The notes below the pieces were generated by a model. The model was not told where the DNA came from and did no database searches. It saw only the letters and a program-made list of their open reading frames with translations. Positions 1 to 14,341 of a stretch of DNA of 64,000 bases are shown piece by piece. The first letter of the stretch is position 1; every line of letters starts with the position of its first letter. Where the stretch lies: assembly GCA_009914755.4 (NCBI GenBank), contig CP086569.2, positions 27,200,001-27,264,000 on the forward strand, given 5' to 3'. The position numbers and the translations under genes were made by a program. This stretch comes from the human T2T-CHM13v2.0 reference genome, Homo sapiens.

Positions 1-308
1 ATGGGATTGTAAAAAGCATTAGGGCTTCCTCATATGAAAACTCCAAACCCTAAGGCGGTCAGACTATGCAGTTCTTAAAACATGAACAATTGGAAACTTT
101 TTTTAATCGACTTGAAATTTTTTAGTTACTTGTCCTGGATGAACAGAATATAATGACAATTTCTTTTTGTTCTATAACTATCTCTATATAATGAAACCAG
201 TCTAAAACATTTGATGGATCAACAAGATTTAAACTTTATTGATATCACTATTAAATAATAATATTACAAAGTACTCTTGGATTTTGGATACACATCTCAC
301 AGTCAACC

Positions 309-602
309 TTTTTTTTTCTTTGAGACAGAATCTTACTCTGTCCCCAAGGCTGGAGGGCAGTGCCACAATCTCGGCTCACTGTAACCTCTGGCTCCAGGGT
401 TCAAGATATTCTCCTGCCTCAGCCTCCCGAGCAGCTAGGATTACAGGTGCACACCACCAGCCCGGCTAATTTTTTTATTTTTAGTAGAGACAGGGTTTTG
501 CCATGTTGCCCAGTCTGGTCTTCAACCCTTGGCTTCAAATGATCCACCCCCCTCAGCCTCCCAAAGTGCTGGGATTACAAGCGTGAGCCACCATGCCCAG
601 CC
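309..602 (-). mobile_element. Alu SINE (full length, antisense; poly-T at left end)
   Basis: reverse complement of Alu consensus ...GGCTGGGCATGGTGGCTCACGC ends at 602; T-run at 309-320. Confidence 0.9.
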
Positions 603-690
603 GCAGTCAATTTTTTTAAAGCTCTCAAAGAAATTCATTTCCTCCAACATAACATGCTTTGTTTTCCAAACTTTCCAAGTTGGAGATTTG

Positions 691-1295
691 TTTCTTTTTT
701 TTTTTTTTTTTTGCTTTTTTATTTTTATTTTTTAAATAAAGTGTTTTTTTTTCTTTTATATATATATTTTATTATACTTTAAGTTCTAGGGTACATGTGC
801 ACAATGTGCAGGTTTGTTACATATGTATACATGTGACATGTTGGTGTACTGCACCCATTAACTTGTCATTTCCATTAGGTGTATCTCCTAATGCTATCCC
901 TCCCCTCTCCCCCCACCCCACAACAGGCCCCAGTGTGTGATGTCCCTCTTCCAGTTTCCAAGTGTTCTCATTGTTCAATTCCCACCTATGAGTGAGAACA
1001 TGTGATGTTTGGTTTTTTGTCCTTGTGATAGTTTGCTCAGAATGATGGTTTCCAGCTTCACCCATGTCCCTACAAAGGACATGAACTCATCATTTTTTAT
1101 GGCTGCATAGTATTCCATGGTGTATATGTGCCACGTTTTCTTAATCAAGTCTATCATTGTTGGACATTTGGGTTGGTTCCAAGTCTTTGCTATTGTGAAT
1201 ACTGATGCAATAAACATATGTGTGCATGTGTCTTTATAACAGCATGATTTATAATCCTTTGGGTATATACCCAGTAATGGGATGGCTGGGTCAAT
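691..1295 (-). mobile_element. L1 LINE 3' end fragment (ORF2 C-terminus plus 3'UTR, antisense, poly-T tail 691-765)
   Basis: minus-strand ORF 975-1217 translates to L1 ORF2 C-terminal peptide MFIASVFTIAKTWNQPKCPTMID..HIYTMEYYAAIKNDEFMSF; rc of L1 3'UTR motif tactttaagttctagggtacatgtgcacaatgtgcagg. Confidence 0.85.
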
Positions 1296-1757
1296 TGTTC
1301 TACAATTGTTGCTTTACAGATCCTTCCAGCCCTTTGTTTCTCTTACTAACTTACTGTGGCCCTAATAATTCTGGACTTTATGCTACTCACTAGTCCATGA
1401 GAAGGTTAGGAGATAGGACAAAGGTAAAATTATAATGTTAACAAGCTACATATTAACAGATATCATAAAGGAAGGATTTGGAATTATTCGTAGATATCCT
1501 TTCCTTAGGCCATTCCCAGAAGCCATGGAAAATGCAATACTGACTTTCCTTCTTGGACAGAGTCTTCAAGCTGGTCTAAAAGCTCTTAGAGTTGAATACG
1601 CCAGTACCTAGATGTGGCTCCCTATTAGCTTAGGAAAAACACTGATGGAAATTTTCCTATGTCAAAATTGAAAGCCAGGATGAGCAGCTACCTGTCTAGA
1701 AAGGACTGCTCCATAAGTAGTCTTGGCCTAGGCTGCAGGAGGCAGTTGAGGGATGAT

Positions 1758-1813
1758 ACATACACACACACACACACACACACACAGACACACACACATA
1801 CACACACACACAC
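1758..1813. repeat. (CA)n microsatellite
   Basis: acacacacacacacacacagacacacacacatacacacacacacacc. Confidence 0.9.
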
Positions 1814-4418
1814 CCCAAAGCTCATCAAAACCACTCCCATGCTCATTAATACAAAAGAACAATACTCAGATATCTATATCAGGTCAAACCATAAGGTTCT
1901 TTTTTTTCTTTTCCTTTTCTTCCTTTTTCTCTAAGGGTAAGATAGATGATCATTAGGGACTCTTGCCCCCACTGAAATTCAGAGAAGAAATACAGTTGTT
2001 GTTCTTACACTGAATAATTCCAAAAAACCTTGAGGTCCTTTGGGGATTTTAATAATCTGAAAAGTACGTATGTATGTACACATATGTATGTATGGAATGT
2101 GTGTGTGCAAGGGAATACAGATACATTTATATGAGAAATGTATATGTATAAAAATCCTGGAATGCTATTTAGATACAATTTATGTACACGTCAATAAGAG
2201 AGAGCATCTATGAAAAAGAAAGAGAAAATGGGTAGTCATTAGTAAAGGAAGTAATTGCTTTATAAATTCTAGCACTATCAGTGCAGTCTAACAACCGCAT
2301 GAACACTTGACCAAAAGACAGTGACTTTCAAAGACTATACCATAGATACTTGAGATTTTAATACTTTAAGTGTTAGAACAGAGCATGACTCAAATATGAA
2401 GAATTCAAAAGGCATATACACAATCATTTGTTTGGTACAAGTACAGGAGATCTTCAAAGGGATACACTCAAGTTCAGAGTAATAATTTACCAGAAAAGTC
2501 AGGAAAAGCTCTGGAATCAGTAACCAAAGCAGGCAACAGCGAAGAAGAGAGAAGGTATCTACTGACATTGAGAAGACAGAGCCAAGGAATGGGGTGGGGT
2601 GTTGAGAATATAAAGCTTCAGGGCTCTACTCTCAGGGGAAGGGGTGGGTATACAGCTTGAACATTCACTCTAAAATGGATAAGAAACAAATATAATAACC
2701 CAAAGTTCAAATCGTGTTCACAGAAATTGTTTCAAACACATTTTCTTCTTTACTCACAGGTCATATCAAAACCATTCTATAAATCTCTCCACTAGGGTAA
2801 CAGCAGCCCTGGGCTGGAAACTCCAGGTAAATAATGAAACTCCTTCACCTCCTGAGTCTTCTGCCTGCCACAGAACAACTTGTTTGTGTAAGATAATATC
2901 ACCTGTGGTTTGCTAAACCAGCAACAACGTATCATGAGAACAAGAAGGATGAATAAATTCTGACAGGGTAGAACTTCACAGAGGAGGTGACACCTGAGCC
3001 CAGCCTTGAAGTGATTAGGAGGGTTTTACCAGGCATAGAAGGGGAGCAGGAGCAGTTAAGCAAAGAGAACGGTATGAACAAAAAGTTCACGGAGTGCTCA
3101 GGAGATGGCAAATAATAAATGAGAAGGTATGTGAATGAGGTTGAGGAGTGGTAGGGAAAAAAACTGTTAAGACAGGTTGAAAGCATTTTAGATGCTTTTT
3201 TACTCTGCATGTGAATGGCTTCAAAATGCAAAATTGCATCAGAATCTCTGGGATACCTGGTAAAAATACAGATTCCTGTGCTGTACTCCAGATCTACTAA
3301 ATTGAAATTTCCAGAGTTGAGGCTCAGGCATCTGTATTTTTCTTTAATTGTCCTCATTCTTAAACAGACAGAATCTGTATTTAATGAGTATTCTGATGTA
3401 TAACCAACCTTGAAAGCCAATGATGGATTGTTTTTTAAAGAAAAGTTATATCATTAGATTGGTATTTTAAAAATAACAAGGTACTATTAGAAATAGACTG
3501 TAAAGATGTGAAATTAGGGGAAAAAATAGACCTATGGCAGAGTATGGCAATGAGGCATTCATTTATTCAACAAGAATTTTAAAAATACCTACTATGTACC
3601 TACAAGTTCCCATAAAGATGACAGTCTCAATTAGAATACTAGCAGTGTAAATGGAGACAAGAAGACAGAGTTATGAGACATCACACAGATAGAACTGACA
3701 AGTCCTGGTAACTCAGTAGATGGTGGAGATGGGGACAGAGGGAGCAAATCAGTTTTCATCAGTGATTTCCAAACTTGGATGAGCATCAGAATAAAAGATT
3801 CCTGGGTCTTACCATAGACCTAATGAATCAAGCTCTTTGGAGGATACAATTCAGCAGCCTCTATTTTTAACATATGCCCCCAGGTGATTTTCATGCAGTC
3901 AATTGGGAATCAATGACTTAAATGACTGAGTGGCTGATGATATTTCTCTTCAAGAAGAGAAAACAGGAGGAGGAGCGACAAATTTTGTGATAGGATGAGA
4001 ACAATTTTGCTCTGGAAATACTGAGACCGAGAGAAACCTGTAAGACATCTACATCAAGATGTCTAATGGGCAGCTGGAAATGCAAATCTGGAGTCCAGGA
4101 AAAAAGTCAAGTCTAAACAGGTCAGGGTCAGACAGATCTCGACATCATTAGTACATAATGAGGGATGAGGCCATGGGAGTGGGTAAGGTTACAAAGAAAG
4201 AAAGAATATAGAGAAAGTGGGTTGGGGTAGAAATCTGGGCAAAGAGTGGGCAATGGAAGAGGAATTGTGAGCAGAAGAGTGATTCAGGAGGTAAGAAGAG
4301 GATCTGAGGGGAAAAAAAGCATTGTTTTGGAAGCCAAAGAATGAGAGTTTTAATTCATATGGAGATCAAGTAGACAAAATGTTATAAAATGCTCCAAAAG
4401 GATAAGAATTAGAAAAAT

Positions 4419-4710
4419 GGCCGGGCGCGATGGCTCATGCCTATAATCCCAGCACTTTGGGAAACCAAGGTGGGCGGATCAGGAGGTCAGGAGTTGGAGA
4501 CCAGCCTGGCCAACATGGTGAAACCCCATCTCTACCAAAAATACAAAAATTAGCCGGGTGTGGTGGCACATGCCTGTAATCCCAGCTACTCAGGAGGCTG
4601 AGGCAGGAGAATCGCTTGAGAGGCAGAGGTTGTAGTAAGCTGAGAACGGACCATTGCACTCCAACCTAGGTGACAGAGCAAGACTCTATCCCAAAACAAC
4701 AACAACAAAC
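4419..4710 (+). mobile_element. Alu SINE
   Basis: GGCCGGGCGCGATGGCTCATGCCTATAATCCCAGCACTTTGGGAAACC..., A-rich (AAC)n tail. Confidence 0.9.
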
Positions 4711-5058
4711 AGAATTAGAAGGATGATAAGGCGTGGCATTTAGGAAGTCTGTGATGACCTTTGAGAAAGCAGTTTCAGTATAATGGAGCAAAGAAGCAGA
4801 GTGGATTTACACTACCCCTTGAGGAGAATTTGAAGAGAAAGGGAAGAGATGGGTCAGTGGTTTGCAAGAAAGGTAAGACTGAAAGTAAGTTCTTTTGGTG
4901 GCCATTTTTATTTTTAAGAATAAAGACCAAAAAAAAAAAAAAAAAAAAGAATGAAGACAACTTGAGGCATCTTAAGGAAAAGAAGAAGAGAGCACAGAAC
5001 GGATGCTTAATAAATATTTGTGAAATATCAGTATTCGCAAAATCTTAAAACTGTCCTT

Positions 5059-5359
5059 GGCTGGGCGTGGTGGCTCACACCTGTAATCCCAGCACTTTGG
5101 GAGGCCGAGGCGGGCGGATCAAGATGTCGGGAGATCGAGACCATCCTGGCGAACACAGCGAAACCCCGTCTCTACTAAAAAAATACAAAAAATTAGCTGG
5201 GCGTGGTGGTGGGCGCTTGTAGTCCCAGCTGCTAGGGAGGCTGAGGCAGGAGAATGGCCTGAACCCAGGAGGCGGAGCTTGCAGTGAGCCCAGATCACAC
5301 CACTGAACTCCATGCTGGGCGACAGTTCGAGACTCCGTCTAAAAAAAAAAAAAAAAAAA
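5059..5359 (+). mobile_element. AluY-like SINE with 19-nt poly-A
   Basis: GGCTGGGCGTGGTGGCTCACACCTGTAATCCCAGCACTTTGGGAGGCCGAGGCGGGCGGATCA...; many intact CpGs. Confidence 0.9.
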
Positions 5360-5584
5360 GATACTACCCTACTCACATTACTACTCCAAAATATTCAACC
5401 TGTTTATTTAATAAGCAGTTACGAGATACCCAACCTGCCAGGAACCATTCCTTTCCCAATTGAAAGTACCCTCTATCTTCTCAGAACATCTACACTAATT
5501 AGCCAGTCTATTCATTCCATAATTATCCCGCCTTAAACAGCTAGTTGTTACTGTTTTCATGTAACCATGTCTTAGCTCACCAAA

Positions 5585-5832
5585 TGGTGTAACAGGGGTA
5601 TCCAATCTTTTGGCTTCCCTGGGCCACATTGGAAGAATTGTCCTGGGCTACACATAAAACACACTAATACTAATGATAGCTGATGAGCATGAACAAAACA
5701 AAAAAGCCAAAAAAATCTCTTTATGTTTTAAGAAAGTTTATGAATTTGTGTTGGGTCACATTCAAAGCTGTCCTGGGCCTCATGTGGCCTCAGGGGCCAT
5801 GGGTTGGACAAGCTTGGTGTAAAAGCTTCACC
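5585..5832. mobile_element. MER5-like hAT (Charlie-type) non-autonomous DNA transposon fragment
   Basis: tccaatcttttggcttccctgggccacattggaagaattgtcctgggctacacataaaac ... gggccatgggttggacaagcttg resembles the MER5 consensus from memory. Confidence 0.4.
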
Positions 5833-6837
5833 TCCCAACATTCAAAAAGAATAAAAAGGTATAAAGTTGAAAAAAAATTGTCTCTGATGAACTCTGGTTG
5901 GTCCACTATCCTATTATTTAATATTTATATTATATTGAAAAAAACTTTAATGATCCTTCCCATATTCCTTTACCATAAATAACAACTTCTAGGGTAATTT
6001 TTACATCAAATAAATGATTAAGACTAATTTTATTTAATCCACATACAACTTATCAAAGGATGCAATCTTTATATATAAGATTGTATTTACATACCAATCG
6101 CTAAACTGTTTTTAAAATTTAGTTTGTTTTATTCTTTCTACCACTAACATTTCTATCCATCCATTCAATTTATACTTTCAGTTTGCTTCCAGCTGATTCA
6201 ATACCTATGACACAGTAAATTGTCTAAATTTTGCATGAACTTTCAACATCCGAGGCACTTATTCCTAACAGTTGCACTGCTCACATTGACATACTCCCTG
6301 AAGGTCAATGATCTAAATTCTGTAATATTTTTAGCATCTAAAATCCTGGTTTATGCTCTCCTTCTAGTTCTCTTGGTCTTTAAAAGACATAAGAACATGC
6401 TATCAAATTCCTAATTCCCTGTTAAGCCCTAACCAACCAAAGTTTAACTAAAAAAAAAAACCTAAACCAAGAATCAATTGTTAAGAAAGAAAATCAAATA
6501 TTTTTAAGCAAAGGAAGTTATAAGGTTTGAAATACAAATTCTGATTATTCCAACTCTGATTATTCTTATTAAATTATCAACTGGAACACCTCACTGCTCT
6601 TTTCTTGCCACCACCCCCTTCCTCTGCTCAGTTCATTCACTGAACAAATCTTTATTCCCAATGCCTAAGACTTAACAGATACTGCGGTAGATGCAATTAA
6701 CATAATAGTGAATAAGTTAGGCACAGTCCCTCCCTTCCCAGAGCCTAAAGTGTATTGACCCTAAGAATATATGTCAAATTAAACTATAAGACTATATGAC
6801 AAGTGTTATGACAGGTAAGCTATAAGAAACAAAGTGG

Positions 6838-7108
6838 GGGCTGGATGCCATGGCTCACGCCAGCATTTTGGGAGTCTGAGGTAGGAAGGTTGCTTGAGGC
6901 CAGGCATTTGAGACCAGCCTGGGTGATACTGTGAGACCTTGTCTCTACAAAATAAAGATTAAAAAATTACTCGAGCATGGTGGTACACACCTGTAGTCCT
7001 ATCTACTTGGGAGGATCCCTTGAGCCCAGGAGTTTGAAGTTACAGTGAGCTATGATTACACCACTGCACAACATAGTGAGAACCCTATCTCTTAAAAAAA
7101 CAACAAAA
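6838..7108 (+). mobile_element. Alu SINE (diverged, AluJ-like)
   Basis: GGGCTGGATGCCATGGCTCACGCCAGCATTTTGGGAGTCTGAGG... Confidence 0.8.
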
Positions 7109-7440
7109 ATATATAAAGGGAAAACACAGTATGGGTTATGCCATGGGAGGCTCCTTAGATGCACTGATGTTGAACCTGAGACCTGTAAAATTGGTAGTCA
7201 AAGAAGAGAGACAATAAGGATTATGGAAGTAGGAGAAGGAAATATATTAAGACTAGGAGATGAGAAAATGACATAATTGAGAAAGTGAAAAATGATCAGT
7301 GTGGTTGAAGTACAGAATTCAAAAATGGGAACAACAAGAAGTGAGACTAGAGAATAGGGCAATGACAACCACTGAAAGATTTTAAGAAAGGTGTGACATA
7401 TTCAGGTTTTCCTGGCTGAAGCATAGAAAATAGTTTGAGA

Positions 7441-8201
<761 letters not shown>

Positions 8202-9379
8202 AATGAAAGCAGATGGATTTGACAGACATGCAGGAGGTATGATCCACAGGATTTGGTGACTACAACCTCATGAGAGGACCAGCACGAGAGGTCCATGTCT
8301 CTTTTATTCCTTACTATATTCACAGTGCTAGGTATCTAGCACATAGTTAACTGCTGTGTAAACATTCTTGAACAAATAAGAAAAACAAGGAATCACAGAT
8401 GTTACCTAGGTTTCTAGCATAATGACTGCATAAAAGGAGGTGCCCTTTACTGAGATAGGAAACAGAGGAGAAGCAGTTCATATAAAATATGGTGAGTCTG
8501 AGGTACCTGCAAGCCTTCAAGGAAAGATAATCAGAATCCAGTTGGATATATAGTTATAAAGCTCAGGAGAAAATGTAAAATAATGGCAGCTTCAGTTAAA
8601 GCTACAGCTGATAACTGTCACTTTTAAAGCATACTATGTGAGACATCATCCCAATAATCTTTTTAAATTTCCCAGGTTTCTTAACAGTTTTATAATCAAG
8701 GGTATCAAAAAATTAATATACCTTCTTGACCATTAGAAATAATATTTTATTTCTTGACCAAGGTGGTGGTAACTCAAACCTCTGCTTTATAAAAATCCAT
8801 TAAGTTATACATTTGTGTTTTATGTACACTTTTCTGTGTGTTAAATTTTGCAATAAAAAGGGGATTTTTTTAAACCTTCATAAACTAGAAATAAGAAAAT
8901 TCCTTAATCAAAGAAGCTACTGGAAACTAAACACCATATTTCTAGTAGAAACAATAGAGACATTCTCGTTAAAGGAAAAAACAAACAAACAAAGATATCT
9001 TCTGTCACAATTATTAATAGTGTTCTAAATGTTCTGGTTAAAAATGAAGACCTGAAAATAAAAAAAGGAAGGCATAAACATTGGGGTCTTTTCAATAATG
9101 GTGCTGGGACAACTGGATATCCACATGCAAAAGAATAAAGATGGACCCCCTAGCTCACACCATATATTAAAATTAACTCAAAATGTATCAAACACCCAAG
9201 TGTAAGAGCTAAAACTACACAACTCTAAGAGAAAACATAGGTGTAAATCTTTGTGACTTGGGAAGAGGCAATAGTTTCTTAGATATGACACTAAAAGTGT
9301 AAGCAACAAAATTCTCAAATTTTTCTCTGAAAAATTAGAGAAATTAGACATCATCGAAATTAAAAACGTTATAGTGTCA

Positions 9380-9727
<348 letters not shown>

Positions 9728-9850
9728 GAAATTATCATCATGAGTAATAGATGCTAACATATAACTGAAAAATCCAGAATTTGAGAAAACTAATAACATA
9801 GTTCAGTAAGAAAATCAAATAAATACTACTACTTTTTAAAAACTGCTTTT

Positions 9851-10126
9851 CTTTTTTCTTTTATTTTTTATTTTTTTTTATTTTGAGACAGAGTCTCACT
9901 CTGTTGCCCAGGCTGAAGTGCAGCAGCACAATCACAGTTCACTGTAGACCTGAATTCCCAGGTCCAAGTGGCCCCCCTACCTCAGCCTCCCAAGTAGCTG
10001 GGACCACAGGCATCTGCCACCATGCCCAGCTACTCTTTTGTTTGTTTTTTTGTAGAGACGGGGTTTCTGTATGTTGCTCAGCCTCCCAAAGTGCTGAGAT
10101 TACAGGTGTGAGCCACCTTGTCCAGG
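9851..10126 (-). mobile_element. Alu SINE antisense with internal deletion
   Basis: ttttgagacagagtctcactctgttgcccaggctgaagtgcagcagcacaatcacagttcactgtagacc...gcctcccaaagtgctgagattacaggtgtgagccacc. Confidence 0.85.
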
Positions 10127-10136
10127 CAAAATTGCT

Positions 10137-10428
10137 GTTTTTTTTTTTGAGACAGGGTCTCACTCTGTCGCCCAGGCTGAAGTTCAGTGTTGATCTCAGC
10201 TCACTACAGCCTCTGCCTCACAGGCTCAAGCCATCTTCCCTCCTCAGACTCCTGAGTAGCTGGAACTATCCGCACGCACCACCACACCTAGCTAATTTTT
10301 GTATTTTTTCTAGAGATGGAGTCTTGCTTTGTTGCCCAGGCTGGTCTTGAACTCCTGGATTCAAGCAATCCACCCACTTCAGCCTCCCAAAGTGCTAAGA
10401 TTACAGGTAAGAGCCACTGGACCCAGCC
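10137..10428 (-). mobile_element. Alu SINE antisense
   Basis: tttttttttgagacagggtctcactctgtcgcccaggctgaagttcagtg...cctcccaaagtgctaagattacaggtaagagccactggacccagcc. Confidence 0.9.
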
Positions 10429-10463
10429 AAAAATTACTTTTCTAATATAAGAAAAACTGATTA

Positions 10464-10868
<405 letters not shown>

Positions 10869-11278
10869 TTATGTAAAATGTTAACATTCGGGAAAGCTGG
10901 GTGAAGGGTATACAAATACTCTCTCTCTAAACTATCTTGCAACTTTTTTGTAAATCTTAAATCACTTCAAAATAACAAGTTTATTCAAAACAAAACAAGA
11001 ATGTAAAGAAACAAGGCATAGACCGGGGTAAAATATCTATAATATATTTATCTGACCAAGGACTTATACCCAGAAAACATCAAGAATGCCTACAAATCAA
11101 TAATAAAAAACAAAAAGCAAATTTAATGTACAAAAGACTTAAATCAGACACACACATACATACACACACTCCAAATAATGAATAAATATGCGAAAAGGTG
11201 CTGAACATCACTGGTCATTGAGGAAGTGTAAATTAAAACCAAAATGAAATAACACTATACAAACAATGGCTAATATTA

Positions 11279-11654
<376 letters not shown>

Positions 11655-11818
11655 GATGTGGAGCAAATGGAACTCGTGTTCAAAAAAAATGACAATATCA
11701 AATATCAACAAAGATGTGGAGCAAACAGAATTCTAATTCATTTCTGGGGTAGTATAAAATGGTACAACCACATCAGAAAACAGCAAGTTGCTTAATAAAG
11801 CTAAAATTTTATATTTTC

Positions 11819-12175
<357 letters not shown>

Positions 12176-12562
12176 TTATGTCTACAAAAAGATGTGTAGA
12201 CTACTCATAGCATCTTTATCATCTTTATTCATAATAGCAAAAAAAGGAAATAACTCAAATGTCAATAATCAGAAGAATAAACTAATTTTGGAATACTCAC
12301 ACAATGGAATACTACTCAGCCACAAAAAACAATAAACTATGGATACGTGAAAAATGAGTGAATTTCAAAAACGTTATGTTCAGTTGAAGAAACCAAACTT
12401 TAAAAGGTACATATTCTATATTCCTTTTAAAACAGCTAAAACTGGAAGAGTGGGATATCTGCCTTCTGAACAGGAAGTTCGTAGTACCAGTGATGAGAGA
12501 CAGAATTAAATATGGGTGATGTAGAGAAAGGCAAGAAGAGTTTTGTTCAGAAGTGTGTCCAA

Positions 12563-12856
12563 GGCCGGGCATGGTAGTTTACGCCTGTAGTCCCAGCACT
12601 TTGGGAGGCGAGGTGGGCAGATTAATTGGGTGCAGGAGTTCATGACCAGCCTGGGCAACATGGTGAAACCTTGTCTCGATAAAAATACAAAAATTAGCTG
12701 GGCATGGTGGTGCATGCCTGTAGTCCCAGCTACTCGGCTGGCTGAGGTGGGAGGATGGCTTGAGCCCAGGAGGCAGAGGTTGCAGTGAGCCAAGATTGTG
12801 CCACTGCACTCCAGCATGGATGATGGAGACAGAACTTGTCTTAAAAAAAAAAAAAA
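12563..12856 (+). mobile_element. Alu SINE inserted into the cytochrome-c pseudogene coding region (TSD aagtgtgtccaa / aagtgtgcccaa)
   Basis: GGCCGGGCATGGTAGTTTACGCCTGTAGTCCCAGCACTTTGGGAGGCGAGGTGGGCAG..., poly-A 12842-12856; flanking direct repeat of pseudogene sequence. Confidence 0.9.
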
Positions 12857-13639
12857 GTGTGCCCAATGCCACACCAAGGTAAAATGAGGCAAGCACAAGA
12901 GTGAGCCAAATCTCCATGCTCTATTTATGCAGAAGACAGGTCAGGCCACTGAATTCTCTCACAGACACCAATGAGAACAGAGGCATCACCTGAGGAGAGG
13001 AGACACTGATGGAGTATTTGCAGAATCCCAAAAAGTACATCCCTGGAACAAAAATGACCATTGCCAGCACTAAGAAGAAGGCAGAAAGGGCAGACTTGAT
13101 AGCTTATCTCAGAAAAGCTAATAATGAGTAATAATTGACCACATGACTTTTTTATGTGTACATAATTTAATAGCTCTCTAATATACATCAGAATTCAAAT
13201 CATGAATAACTCACAGAATATTTTTGTTGAGCAGTCCTGATTTAATTAAGACTCGCTTGTGGTTAAATGAATACATCCGGGTTTTTTAAAATTTTAATAG
13301 TAATTCTGATTCAGTAAATGATATCACTGTTTCCCCCTTCTAAAACTATGATTGGGCTTAACTCGTAGTGTTCAACTTTTCACAAAGATGGTGAATGCCA
13401 TCTTAAAACCTATTAGAGATTGGCTTTATATTTAGATTTATATAACTAGCTATATGAATATATTTAAATACTGGGGAAATGTCTTCACTGTCTCAGAACC
13501 AAGCAAGACACATCTGTGTTCTGTGTTCATGTGCCTCTTAAAGGCAAAGACTTAACATAAGGTAACAATGTCTACTTTATATTTCTGGTCTGAACTATGT
13601 CAATTTAATTAGAATTCTCTGTATGTAAAATGGTTCCTT

Positions 13640-13910
13640 GGCTGGGCATAGTGGCTCATGCCTGTAATCGCAGTACTTTTTTGGGGCTGAAGTGGGAGGA
13701 TTGCTTGAGGCCACAAGTTGGACCACATAGAGAGACCTCATCTGTACAAAAATTAAAAATAGCCAGGCATGGTGGTGCATTCCTGTAGTCGTAGCTACTC
13801 AGGAGGCTGAGGTGGAAGGACGGCTTGAGCCCAGGAGTCAAGGTTGCAGTGAGCCATGATCCTGCCATTGCACCCCAGCCTGTGTGACAGAGTAAGACCC
13901 CATCTCAAAA
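13640..13910 (+). mobile_element. Alu SINE (diverged) in the pseudogene 3'UTR, TSD aaaatggttc / aatataatggttc
   Basis: GGCTGGGCATAGTGGCTCATGCCTGTAATCGCAGTACTTTTTTGGGGCTGAAGTGGGAGG. Confidence 0.85.
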
Positions 13911-14341
13911 TATAATGGTTCTTTTAACTTCTCAAAAGGCATTTTGTATGGCTTATATATAATATCAAATTAAGAACAGTTAATATTTCTTGAAAAAAAA
14001 AAGAAAAATACAGCCAAAACTAATTCTAGAATGATAGAAATTATAACAGTGGTAGCCTGGGGGAGGATGAAGGGGTGGTGGGTAGAACTTCCAAAGGAGG
14101 CAAAGATGTCCTATTTCTTGATTGGGTGATGGTTACTATATTAGGCTATTCTTGTGTTGCTATAAAGAAACACCTGAGTAACACCTGAGAAACATTTGAG
14201 TATATTTTCAAATACTAATAATTACATGGTTTATAATTTATAAGTCCAATTTCCGGTTATTTTCATTATTAATACTTTTCCAGTTATCTACCCTTTCTAA
14301 AAGAGAATACAAAATGCTTCTTTTCCTTTTTTTTTTGTTTT

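Larger units (their letters stand above)
12450..13995 (+). pseudogene. CYCSP: Cytochrome c (somatic) processed pseudogene: intronless, frameshifted and stop-containing copy; ORF-equivalent 12512-13131, 3'UTR-like tail to a poly-A near 13985, interrupted by two Alus
   Basis: atg ggt gat gta gag aaa ggc aag aag = MGDVEKGKK (cytochrome c N-terminus); after the Alu: CAQCHT..GKHK..PNLH.LF..KTGQA.. and ..[16 protein letters not shown]...[16 protein letters not shown] then TAA. Contiguous across the known exon junctions. Internal stops/frameshifts (..KVK*GKHK..). Confidence 0.8.

Noticed and set aside
2932-3420. 162-aa ORF on the minus strand in unique DNA
   Set aside because: No homology recognisable, no splice or poly-A context, AT-rich and low-complexity in places. 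In a mammalian genome an isolated 160-codon open frame is expected by chance.
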